From: Owenia fusiformis
Taxonomy: Eukaryota
Assembly: GCA_903813345.2 (NCBI GenBank)
Contig: CAIIXF020000001.1
Span: 47,492,001-47,556,000 of the forward strand
DNA: 64,000 nucleotides
Reading direction: 5' to 3'
A program made the translations under genes and the position numbers. The notes beneath the pieces were generated by a model. That model saw nothing but the letters and a program-made list of their open reading frames with translations. It ran no database searches and was not told where the DNA came from. Positions 40,892 to 52,678 of this stretch are shown here, one piece after another. Numbering within the stretch: position 1 is the stretch's first letter; each line of letters starts with the position of its first letter.

Positions 40892-41111
40892 ATGTTTCGT
40901 ATGGTAAATACGGGGACCCGGAGGGCTGCCAAGTACCTAACATCGGTGCAGGCAACACAACGAGTCGCTCGCCGTGCAGTGCAGTCTACTAGAACATGTC
41001 TGGCAGAGACAACCAAGAAGAGGATGGCACAAACAACATCCTCAACTAAAGCACAGGCCCAGGCTAAGCTGGCTGAGAAACCGAAAGAACATCCCTGGGT
41101 TTTAGTTGAAG
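40892..41111 (+). CDS. PNO: PNO coding exon 1: mitochondrial targeting presequence and linker
   Basis: MFRMVNTGTRRAAKYLTSVQATQRVARRAVQSTRTCLA has 7 Arg, 1 Lys and no acidic residue in 38 aa. CCACCATG Kozak-like context. Donor G|GTTAGT joins the next exon to give WVLVEG-NEAAA, the PFOR N-terminal motif. Confidence 0.85.
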
Positions 41112-44100
41112 GTTAGTATCATGATCATGAAAATATTTATCTCATTTAATGGAACTTTTATATAATGTAGATGTGAATATCAAAGACATTTAAAGACTTT
41201 CAAGCTAATTCTACCAAAACTAAACATAATTTGTAGAAATGTTTGACCTCATACAGCTGGATTTATTTAGAACCCACAGGCTACAGTATTATTGCTACTG
41301 TACTATGTCTGTAATGTTATATGTATACAGTTGTTTAGCTTAGTTTCTATGTGGTTAGCTGGTTAAGCTGACCTGATAGTTTAATATATGATCCTTGTTA
41401 AAACAACTGCTCATGAATATATGATGTCCTTAGATGACCCCTGGAAGTCATTGAGCACCATTCAACTAGTGCACTTTCATGTGCTGAAAGTATTTTCATA
41501 TTCGTGATTCTAATTCATCTAGTAATTCACAATCAATGATGAGTTTACCTAGCCTGAAATATGATCAGGAGATTCAATGATTCTATTTGTTTTTTATTCT
41601 ATTTGGCTATAAGATATTGATTTTGTAATATTGCACAAATGAAATGAAAGTTGTTTAAAAAGTGTCTCTGAGCCAATGGGTCAGGTTGACTTGGATTATA
41701 TCACAAGAACTGATAGAAACACATATGTGATTCCACCCACATGACAGATCAAAATATAGTAAAAGAACATCCATGTTTGATTTTTAGTCAGGCCCCTGCC
41801 ATTTTGTGTTAAGTTTGTATTCTATTTCACATATCTCTAATCAAAATTAATAAAATCCACCCAGTATTTTATGATTGCAAATAAGTACACTCAAATTCGC
41901 GATGTGCCAGAGTAGCGCCATCTATTCATTTTCAAAAATGGGGGTAGGGGTATAACATAAAAACAAGGGAAGAAAGTCAAAGTTTATTTGGACTACACTT
42001 GCAGTCCTCTAAAGGTTAAGATGTAAAACACAAATGATATCAGAATTCACAGATTGCTACAGGGGTTTCATTAACAGCAGGCAACAGGATATTTTCACTG
42101 GTTGTTTTCAACTTGTCAACTTCTTCCATGTTAAATTTATGATTTCCATTAATTTTACCTGTTGTTTTCATTTATATAGCCTGTTGTGGGAAATTCTAGT
42201 GAAACCCCTGCTACATAAATTTGCAGAATTCTAATATCCCATACTAATAATTCAAGAAAATGTATTCTCTTGAAAGCCTATGTTAAAATTGAAAGGCCAG
42301 GTTCAATGTTGCAGTAAATACACATCATCTGATGACTTCTGAGAAAAGACATCATATTTAGTAATACTTTTTAACGTCTATCTTGATACATAAATATAGA
42401 TAACTTATCAGTTCTAAACATATCTTGATGAGAAAAAAATTCTGATCAATGTTCGAATGTCATACTTCTTTAATGCCACATTGGTCAAAATTATTTCAAT
42501 AATTTGAGATTGCAATCTATTTATAATGAGTTTATCATATCCTTGAGAGTAAAGCATGGTATCACAATCATTTCTGGCAGTCATTCTAATAGACTTTGAA
42601 CACCCTTGATAATATAAAACTTAATAAAACTCATATGACCTACGTGTAAAAAATCTGTTCCACCATTTCAAATATTGTATGACCACCATATACTTATTTG
42701 TAGAATTAACTTAGCTTGAGGGGTACATGTTGCTAAGTGGATCTAAAACGAAGCATAGGAATTGTTTGAATTTTTTTGCCTGTTCCTGTCTCTAAATCCA
42801 AGTTTCCTTTTTGTCATGTATGATGTAAAGTTGATTTCATATATCTAGTTTATATTTAACTTGCAGATCAGTGAGAAATTACAATGTGCACTTTTTTAAC
42901 ATCACTCTTATCTGATAGCCACCATGTCAATTTGGATTGGGTTTAAGAAGTGATGTATAATGGGAGTTTAGTCATTTTATGCACACCTGTTATTCTCATA
43001 ATTTTTTATTTAATTTTTTTATTTCAGAGAACTTTCAATTTATAATTACAATACAGTTACATGGAAAACGTACATTTTATGTCCACAAACATAATTAAGT
43101 TTTGGGAGGGATAAATGGCAAATAACATTTTTGCCCTAGCATGAAATTTTAAAGGTAGCAAATCTTCATTTGAAAAAGATCTGTAAGCTATTCATAGTTT
43201 TAGCAGAAGGGAAATGTGCGTGTAATTTTGGTGGGAATGTTACATTGGACATTGTCTGTCATGATTTCCGCAATTTGTTTTTCAAAGATGCCAAGCATAT
43301 TGCTCAATGAAAACATTAAATTATTCTTCAGAATACCAATACCTGAATAACTCATTCTTGTAACGGCTACATCATCTTCAGTTTTGTTGTACTCTGATAA
43401 TTCTGAGCAATCATTGAAAAAGGCGCCAGATATCTAATGAGCATTACACTAACTATGCAATACAAGTGAATAGTATCATTAAATGTACTAGTTATCTTTG
43501 CTTGTTTCATTTGTGTTCTGTATTAAGAAGTAATGTTGCTAATATCAAAAATGAAAATTTTGAATTGTTGGAGCCCTTGTAAATATTCCTTCAAAAAGTA
43601 TTAAATAGAGCTATACATTGCAATAATTTTAACTCAAATACATTTGGCTAGGTATTGTTCATAATTTTTACAAATGTGCCTATTTCAGTATACATGTAAG
43701 TGCTTATAGTGAAAGGCAGTTTTCAAAACAGTTTACAAGTATTCTGGCCATTTCAGTTTCGAATTTTGTCTTAAAGTTAGACCTTGAAAAATTATTTGTC
43801 TTTCAATTTGCCAAATATGGCAGCCAAATTAATTGATGTTATTTGACTTTTATGACTTCAAAAGGATTGGAGTTTTATATTAATTGATATGATCTACCAG
43901 TTCTTTGAAAATACAGAATTTTATTTTTGAAATATAGGAAATACACACTCGTTGATATACAAGTAATCCATATTGCACTGCCATCTTTTGAAAGTCAGCT
44001 TAGTCATTTATGTTTTTTGTCTGTAGGTAATGAGGCTGCAGCTACCATGGCATATGCTATGAGTGAGATTTCCTTCATCTACCCTATCTCCCCAGCAACA

Positions 44101-47100
44101 TCTATGGGAGACTACATGGATAAATGGATGACTGAAGGCAGGCGCAATCTCCTGGACCAGCCAGTACATGTTAACATGATGCAATCTGAGGGTGGAGCTG
44201 CCGGGGCTCTACACGGTGCTGCTGCAGCAGGAACTCTCAGCAGTACATTCACTGCATCCCAAGGTCTCCTGCTTATGATCCCAAACATGTATCTACTGGC
44301 TGGTGAACTTGTTCCAACAGTATTACACGTTTCAGCCAGGACAGTGTCCAAACATGCCCTCTCCATATTCAATGACCACTCTGATGTTATGGCTTGCAGA
44401 CAAACAGGGTTTGCAATGTTATGCTCTAGCTCAGTGCAAGAGATTATGGACTTTGGAGCAGTGGCCCATATATCAAGTATGAAATCTAGGCTACCATTTA
44501 TGCACTTCTTTGATGGTTACCGCACATCGGCTGAAGTCTCAAAGATTAAATCTATCCCATATGAAGAACTCAACAAGATATTCCCACATGAAATGGTTGA
44601 CAAACATCTGAGGAACTTTGCCCTTAATCCTAACAAGCCTATGGTCAGAGGTACTGGACAAAGACCAGATATATTCTTCCAAAGCACAGTTGCAGCCAAC
44701 AAATTCTATCAAGCCTGCCCCAACCATGTTGAAGAAACATTCCGAGATATTGAGATGCTTACTGGCCGCAAATACAACCTGTTTGACTACCATGGCTCTC
44801 CTGATGCCACCAGGGTAGCAGTGTTAATGGGCTCTGGTGCCAAAACAATGGAGGAAACAGTGGACTATTTGAATTCAAAGGGTGAAAATGTTGGTGTGAT
44901 AACTCCTAGGTTATTTAGACCATGGTCAGCTGAGCACTTCCTGAGGGCCCTGCCTAAGTCAGTGGAGCATGTTGCTGTATTGGATCGAACCAGGGAAGAT
45001 GGTGCAATTGGAATGCCACTATTCCTAGATATAAGTGTCACCCTATCTGATGCAGGTCTTCGTAAGAATGTCACTGGAGGCCAATATGGGTTGGCGTCAA
45101 AAGAGTTCACACCTGAGATGTGTAAAGCTGTCTTCGACAACCTCTCTTCAGACAAACCAAAATCTCGCTATGTTATTGGCATAGAGGATGATGTCACTCA
45201 CACCTCACTGTCCTATGGGGAGAAGATCAACACTGTCCCTGAAGGAACCACTCAGTGCCTCTTCTGGGGCTTGGGAACAGATGGTACAGTTGGAGCCAGT
45301 AAGACTGCCATCAGGACTATTGGGCTGAATACTGACTTGAAGGGTCAAGGACACTTTGTGTTTGATTCCCATAAAGGAGATGGTGTGACAGTTTCCCATG
45401 TCAGGTTTGGCCCCTCAGATATCAAATCAGAATATGAAATATCCGCAAATGCTGACTATATCTCATGTGCCCATGCATCCTATGTGAACAAGTTTGATCT
45501 TATCTCCCCACTGAAGGAAGGAGGCATATTTGTGCTGAATACCCCATTCACCACCTTGGAGGAGATGGAGAAAAAGCTACCTGATGCCCTGAAGAAGGAA
45601 ATTGCACAGAAGAAAGCCCAGTTCTACAACATTGATGCCACTACTATTGCCCTTGAACTAGGCCTAGGGAAACGTGTCAACATGGTAATGCAGGCTGCAT
45701 TCTACTTCCTATCTGGTGTACTCCCTGTTGACCAGGCAATCAGCTTGTTGAAGGAGAGCATCATTAAACAGTATGGGAAGAAGGGACCCAAGATGGTTGA
45801 CATGAACCAGAGGGCTGTTGATGCCACAATTGACAATCTGAAGAAGATGGAATACTCTTCTAGTTGGGCTCAGATTGGTGATGTTGTCCCAACTACTCAT
45901 GTGTCTCGCGATGCGCCTGAATTTATCAAGAACATCATGGACCCAGTGCTGGCACTAGAGGGTGACAAACTCCCAGTGAGTGCTTTTGAACCAGGTGGCT
46001 ATCAACCTACCGGAACAACTTTATTTGAGAAGAGAGGTATCGCCCCAGCAATCCCTGTCTGGATCCCAGACAACTGCACCCAGTGCAACTACTGTACCAT
46101 TGTATGCCCCCATGCAGTTGTGAGACCCTTCTTACTGGACAAGAGTGAAGTCAAAGGAGCGCCGAAAGGTTATGAATCTAGAAAATCCAAAGGTGGTGCT
46201 GAGGTGGCTGGATTCAATTACACAATTCAGATATCGCCATTTGATTGTACTGGATGTGAAGTTTGTGTGCAGTCCTGTCCAGATGATGCCCTCTACATGG
46301 CTCCATTCAAGGAGGTCTCTGATCAGTTCAAGCCACACTGGGACTACTCCATTGGTCTCCCAGAGAGATCAGATGTTGGAGACAAGTTCACAGTGAAGGG
46401 ATCCCAGTTCCAGACTCCCCTTATGGAATTCTCCGGTGCATGTGCAGGCTGTGGTGAGACCCCATATGTGAAATTGATTACTCAGTTGTTTGGTGATCGT
46501 ATGGTGATTGCTAATTCATCTGGATGCTCCAGTGTATGGGGAGGTACTTCAACTACCATCCCATTCTCTAAGAACTCAGAAGGCAAAGGTCCAGCTTGGG
46601 GCAGGTCTCTGTTTGAGGATACAGCAGAGTATGGCTTTGGAATGGTTGTGGCCACCAAGCAGAGAAGAACAAAGTTGAAGAAGGAAATCACGACATTGAC
46701 CGAAACAGAGGAACTACCAGACAATCTGAAAAAAGCATTTGGTAACTGGCTGAAAAATATTGATAATGCTGAGCCATGTGAGAAATTTTCATCTGAGATT
46801 GAAGATATTATTGGAAACATGGACTTGGACACAATTAACCCTGCACTGAGACGTATATATGAACAGAGGGACATGCTCCGCACACAGTCTCACTGGATCG
46901 TTGGAGGAGATGGATGGGCCTATGATATTGGTTATGGGGGTTTAGACCATGTTCTCTCCAAGGCAGAGAATGTCAATATCCTTGTGCTTGACACTGAAAT
47001 GTACTCGAACACAGGAGGACAGGTCTCTAAAGCTACTCAGCTGTCAACTGTAACCAAGTTTGCATCATCTGGAAAGCGTCAGAGCAAGAAAGATCTTGGA

Positions 47101-49847
47101 ATGATGGCCATGATGTATGAGAATGTCTATGTTGCATCAGTCGCTCTTGGAGCCAACATGAACCAGTGTGTGCAGGCAATGAAGGAGGCAGAGTCATACA
47201 ATGGTACCAGTCTAGTTATCTGCTATGCTCCTTGTATTGATTGGGGCATTGAGATGAAATACATGATGGATGAAATGAAGGATGCTGTTGATAGTGGATA
47301 CTGGTCCCTCTATAGATTTGACCCACGTAGAGCAGAACAAGGCAGTAATCCATTTACTCTGGACTCAAGGCGCATCAAGACAGAGCTCCAGGCATTCTTG
47401 AACACAGAAAACAGGTTCCAGCAACTGGTGAGGATGAACAAAAACCAGGCTATAGATTTACATGCAGAGCTAAGCAATCTGGCCAAACACAAGCACGAGA
47501 AGTTCAAGAAGATGGCTATGGATGAATATGAGATGCTCGACTACCTCAAGGGAACTTTAGGAGAGGAGATATCTGGGGACAAGAGCTTGGTCCTCTATGC
47601 TTCTGAGACTGGCAATGCTGAAGCTCTTTCTAATGTCTTTGCTCATGAGCTGAAACGTAGAGGTATCAGGGCTTCATGCATGGCCTTTGATGACTATGAC
47701 TTTGATGATCTGCCAAACCAGTCAAGTGTTTACTGTGTCGTGGCTACCTGTGGACAGGGAGAGTTTCCAGCCAACAGCAAGACTTTCTGGGAGCAGATGA
47801 GTAACAAAGATCTCGCCCCTGATACTCTTGCCAACACTAAGTTTGCAGTGTTTGGTCTAGGTGACACTGGATATGTCTACTACAATGAATCAGCCAAACA
47901 ATTTGACAAGAGATTTGAGGAGCTAGGAGCCACCAGGATCCTAAACATTGGACTGGGTGATGATAAAGATGAAGAGAAATATGAAACTGCATGGAATGAG
48001 TGGTGCCCTGAGTTATGGAGTGAGCTAGGAACTCCTGCTCCTCCCCAAGAGCTGCTCCCAGCTTCCTATTCAGTATACATTGACCAGGCTGGCACCATCC
48101 CTGTGGCTGAGGGTCCTATCTGTGCCCCACCTGGCACCAAACAGTGCCCTATGCCCATCAATATGCTTCTGAGTCCCCCAGATTATGACCGAGATATTCG
48201 TCATTATGAGTTTGACCTGAAAGGATTAAACATGCCTTATGGTGTTGGAGAGTGCCTTGGTATCTACCCCCACAATGATCCTAAACAGGTGGACCAGTTC
48301 CTGCAAGATTATGGCATGAGCCCAAATGCTGTTGTCCAGCTCGAAGACACTACCAACCGTAAAGAACCCTACCCAAGTATTGTCTCTGCCAAGCAGCTAT
48401 TCACAGAGATCATTGACATATTTGGACGACCCAGCAGGCGATTCTATGAAGCACTTGGAATCTTGTGCAAAGATGAGAGTGAGAAGAAGAGAATTGAGTT
48501 CCTCTTAAGCAAAGAAGGAAAGGATGATTTCCGGGAGCTAGTGAAGGAAACTACAACATATGCAGACCTGTTGAAGATGTTCCCATCAGCCAATGTTCCC
48601 CTAGAGTACATCATAGACTATATCCCCAGAATCAAGCCAAGGCTTTATTCTATTGCATCATCACAAGAGATGCATGGCGATAGACTACACCTGTGTATCG
48701 TGAAGGAAGACTGGACAACTCCCAGTGGCAAGTACCAAGAGGGGGCATGTACCAGATACCTACAACACCTAAGTCTAGATGGAAAGTTAGATAGTGTGGC
48801 TGGACGCATCAATGCTGCAGGTATGTTGGGATATAATTTTTAATTTTCTCATTTCTGCCCCAAAATTATATGATTTCCATTTTAAATAATAATTTATATT
48901 GTTTCCATTCTATGTATTTGTAATAGATTAGCCAATTTAGATAAAGAATGTTTACATATTTTTTAAAATAGTTGTATACATTTTAAAAAGTCTTCATTTA
49001 TCATTAGATGAAGATACAGGCTATTCAGTGCAGAAGTATTAGCTTACATACAGTAAAACCTGTCCAAACACCATAGTGACCCGAACATTCGGATTGTGTG
49101 TGAGTTGTGAGACTGGATCTTGAAGAAATGAGAACACCTTAAATATTTATAGTTTTATTTACTACACATACAGTGTATTAGCCTTGCCCAAGTCGGTCTC
49201 TTTTACTATCTTGATTTCGGTAATAATTCAAGATCAGATGAGTAAAAAAATACCGACTTGGGCAAGGCTAACAGTGTATATTACTTAGGACTTATGGTAC
49301 ATTTAAAATGCAAATTATAGCCAGATGTTGTACATACTTATTCATTTCTATTTCAGGCATCACACTACCCGACACTCAGAAACCTCCTTACATCATGGTT
49401 GGTCTTGGAACAGGCCTTGCCCCTCTCAGAGCAATGGTTGAGGAGCGTGAAATGGCTAGGGTCAGAGGAGAGGAGTGTGGCCAAATGGCTCTTTTCTTCG
49501 GTGCCCGCTACAAGCGTACCGACTACACATACGGTGATGAGCTAGAGGAATACCACAGCAATGGCAAGGGAGTCCTTACTGTTTTGTCCAATGCATTTTC
49601 CAGAGACCAGGCTCACAAGATCTATGTACAGGATCGAATCAAGGAACACCCAGAGGTTGTCTATGACTACCTTGTAAAGCAGAAGGGATACTTCTACCTT
49701 TGCGGCCCTGCTGGTAACGTCCCTACCGCGGTCAGGAAAGGCGTTTGTGAAGCATTTGTTTCACAAGGTGGCATGACTATGGAACAAGCTGATAAGTATA
49801 TCACTGATATGCAAATTGAGGGACGCTACAATATAGAAGCCTGGTAA
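40892..49847 (+). CDS. PNO: Pyruvate:NADP+ oxidoreductase (PFOR fused to an NADPH-cytochrome P450 reductase-like module), mitochondrial precursor, 1834 aa; exons 40892-41111, 44027-48820, 49357-49847
   Basis: Two phase-1 GT-AG introns give one open frame (220+4794+491=5505 nt). PFOR motifs: GNEAAA, YPISP, QSEGGAAG, TASQGLLLMIPN, ferredoxin CTQCNYCTIVCP and CTGCEVCVQSCP, FSGACAGCGE, GCSSVWG, TPP motif GGDGWAYDIG..DTEMYSNTGGQ, APC. Flavodoxin: YASETGNAE, TCGQGEFP, FGLGD. FNR: RLYSIASS, GTGLAP, FFGAR, AFSRD, YVQD, YLCGP, C-terminal Trp. Confidence 0.93.
44027..48820 (+). CDS. PNO: PNO coding exon 2 (4794 nt): whole PFOR, flavodoxin and FAD-binding domains
   Basis: Acceptor TTTTTTGTCTGTAG|GT at 44026/44027, donor GCAG|GTATGT at 48820/48821. 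Lies within ORF 43927-48843. Confidence 0.93.
49179..49270. mobile_element. 92-bp mini DNA transposon with 9-bp TSD in PNO intron 2
   Basis: TIR TAGCCTTGCCCAAGTCGGT / ACCGACTTGGGCAAGGCTA, with ACAGTGTAT on both flanks. Confidence 0.85.
49357..49847 (+). CDS. PNO: PNO coding exon 3: NADPH-binding domain
   Basis: Acceptor TTTCTATTTCAG|GC. Encodes GLGTGLAPLR, FFGARY, AFSRDQAHKIYVQD, YLCGP, RYNIEAW-stop. Confidence 0.92.
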
Positions 49848-51746
49848 ACTTAGTACAATTAATAATATAAGCCAAATATGTCAGGCAAGCCAGCCATATA
49901 ACAATATTGGTACATTATATACAAGAATATGAAACGGTGAGTGGGTACCAAATAAATTAATAAATAGCCATTTGCAGCATCAAGAGACAAATTGTGATAT
50001 GAACACATGCATCATGGCAGTATTCTCAACAGCATATTATAAGGAGTAAATAAACAATAGAACTATACTAATTTTTCAAGCTCCATTCAAAGGTTGTTCA
50101 CACGCACATTGTAGATACAATTATTAAATGGATAGTTGGAAGCTCAAGTGCTGTGGGGCAGTCTAATGATGATTCAATATACATGTACATTGACAAAATA
50201 ATCAGTAATGGGAAAGGAACAAACAACATTTGTGAAGAATTGAATGAACTATTGTAATCCTCTAAGTGTACTAGTATATGCCAAATGTATGCCAATTTTA
50301 CTAAGATTCAAAAGTATATTTTTACTTGGCATATTGGATGTTATAGGCATAGGAGAAGTTCTTTGAGTTTTGTTTGAAAGAAATGTAGAATTGAGTCCAA
50401 TCTAACTTGGAAAATATTCAGATTTTGCAGGATATTTTTCAAAGACGTAATTGTTTCCTTTTGTGATGTTAAAGTTATGTGAAAGTACATACTAGTACAT
50501 GAAGTGCTCATATACTGTAATGCAACATACCGGAAAATGCTTCACCCATTACTGCTTATTTTCTCAATGGATAAGAGGAGGGGCTATAGGTATGAAAGAT
50601 GCTTTTGTAAATTCTATTTTCATAGACATACATGTAATGAGTGAGTGATTCAATTTATAGTATGTAAATATGTTTTATTTTCTCCAATATTTACCTGTAT
50701 ATGATTGCAGTGTAAGTAGTGTTTTCTCCTTTTACATTCCATTGTTGACCCTTGTATCACGTTTGAATGTAAAAGGATGAATGAAGATGATGAATTGATA
50801 CTACAGTATAATTAAAATAAAATGAAATTGTAGTTAATATAATTGAATGCTAAACTATGTCGTGAATCAGGGAACATTCTCATGCTATGTCATTCTTTCA
50901 ATCTAAGTCAGCTTGGTAGTGTAATTACCATTAAATGTCAAATAATTGAATGAAGAATCACTTGGTGCTTAAATCATGTTCATGAATGCAGCTTATGTGG
51001 GTAGGTGCTTTATCATGTTCATGAATGCAGCTTATGTGGGTGATCATGCAATTCTTTGAAATAACAAAACTAATTTTGTTTTGCTGATGTTTAACTGTTT
51101 AAGATTGTAAAACAGTGTTTCAATTCCAGCTAAAAATATGTGCCATTGAATGAATACCCGATTAAGGGAATTACCGGTGTTGTATTCTTTATTTTTTGAG
51201 ATTTATATCATTATCCTGGCTCAATTTTTTATGTGTGCCTGAATAGCAGCTGTTAGTCAAAGATCACATTGCTTTATATTTTTATTAATTTTTTTTTAAG
51301 GTGGACAAGATTTTTTGCTTTTGCTTACAAGTTCACAATGAAGTTATTATAAAACTTTTGCTTTGCAGCATCATAATCATTAATTTTCATGGGTATAAAG
51401 TATAAGATAAAAACAAACGTTAAGTTAAAAACTGGTTTGCTTGACTTAGCTATGAGTAATTTGATTTGAGATGTAAAATAAAATGTTTTTGAAAACTAAT
51501 TAGTATATTTTGAATTATTGCTTATTATCGTTTCCCTACAGGATCTCAGTGTACAGTGGTGAAGGAGATGGCGGAGATGTACTTGGCACATTGGTGGCAT
51601 TCTTCGATTTGTCCACTCAAAGTTCGAGATATGTTTAATCTGACCCCTCTCCCCCTCCTTATGTTTTGCCAAATTTGAACTGAACTGAACTATAAGGTTC
51701 TAACTACCAATTTCATGTACGAGCAGATTTCCCCTAAATTCACCAT

Positions 51747-52678
51747 CACACCCGGTGATCGGAGAAATGAACGGGGGGGGGGAGGGGAGAGCAGCAACGA
51801 AAATTCAACAAATCTGGAAGATTTATTTCCCCAAGAGAAAGTTTTCAATCAATTGATTTATAATTAATATAATTTGCTAACTGAATAGGTGCACGATACG
51901 GGGAAATATGTCAGGTCTTCTAGGATTTTTTTTGGAATTGATTTGCTTCTAAGATAAGATGTAACGTTGCCAACGTGCAATTTGCCAATGTTTCTGCTAT
52001 AAATCCAGCAATAAGGGTCCACACGACCAGTGATAAATACTTGTAAGTGACCTTATTATCACAAAGTTATTGTCATTGTTGGTTTTATAAAAAAAATTAT
52101 ATAAAAAATAATCGAAATTTTGAACTGAGTGGGGGAGTGAACGGAGGGGGAAGTAGTAATGTAAGAGATGCAACTTGACTTTATTTCAAATGTCCCTATA
52201 TTTCACTCTTCAGAGTTGTAGCATCCAGTTGTTACTAAGTTCATTTTTAAACACATGAATTCGCGGAAATTTCTTCCTCCTTAGTCATATTACCCCCCCC
52301 CCCGCCCCCTCCGTTGAATTTTATATTTAACGAACGGAAACTTATTTTAAAAAACTAACAATGGCATTAATTTTAAAACGTCACTTATGTTTATTATAGG
52401 ACGTGTAGACCATTGTTGCTTGATTTATAGAAAAAAAACATTGACATTTGCACGTTTGTGACGTTGCGCCTTTTTTAGTATCTTATATCTTAGAAGCATA
52501 TCGGTTCAAAGAAAACCTAACATATTTCCCCGTGGCGTGCGTCTATTCATTAAGCAATTCAATTATAAACTTTCTCTCGAAAAAGTAAATGTAAACCTTT
52601 AAGATTTGTTGAATCTTCTAGCGAAAATCAGCTCCTCTCACTCCCTCCTCCGTTCATTTCTTCCGATCACCGGGCGTG
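51747..52678. mobile_element. Foldback MITE, CAC...GTG termini, perfect 5-bp TSD (family B)
   Basis: CACACCCGGTGATCGGAGAAATGAACGG / CCGTTCATTTCTTCCGATCACCGGGCGTG, with long imperfect arms (GGGGAAATATGT / ACATATTTCCCC). ACCAT on both flanks. Confidence 0.8.

Noticed and set aside
43927..44026. N-terminal 33 codons of the 1638-aa ORF (MKYRKYTLVD...)
   Set aside because: The start is a TTG in intronic sequence ending in a polypyrimidine tract and AG at 44026. The real N-terminus comes from exon 40892-41111.
44112..47507. Many antisense and alternate-frame ORFs over PNO
   Set aside because: They are shadows of a long, GC-richer coding exon and carry no recognisable motifs.
43927..49847. Reading the locus as bacterial nifJ plus a separate cysJ gene, or as bacterial contamination
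   Set aside because: The two ORFs join in frame through a canonical GT-AG intron containing a host-type MITE, and the flanking genes are animal-type and spliced.
44027..49847. Sulfite reductase (fungal MET5/MET10-like) or nitric oxide synthase identity
   Set aside because: No siroheme or NOS oxygenase domain is visible, while the full PFOR TPP and ferredoxin motifs are present.
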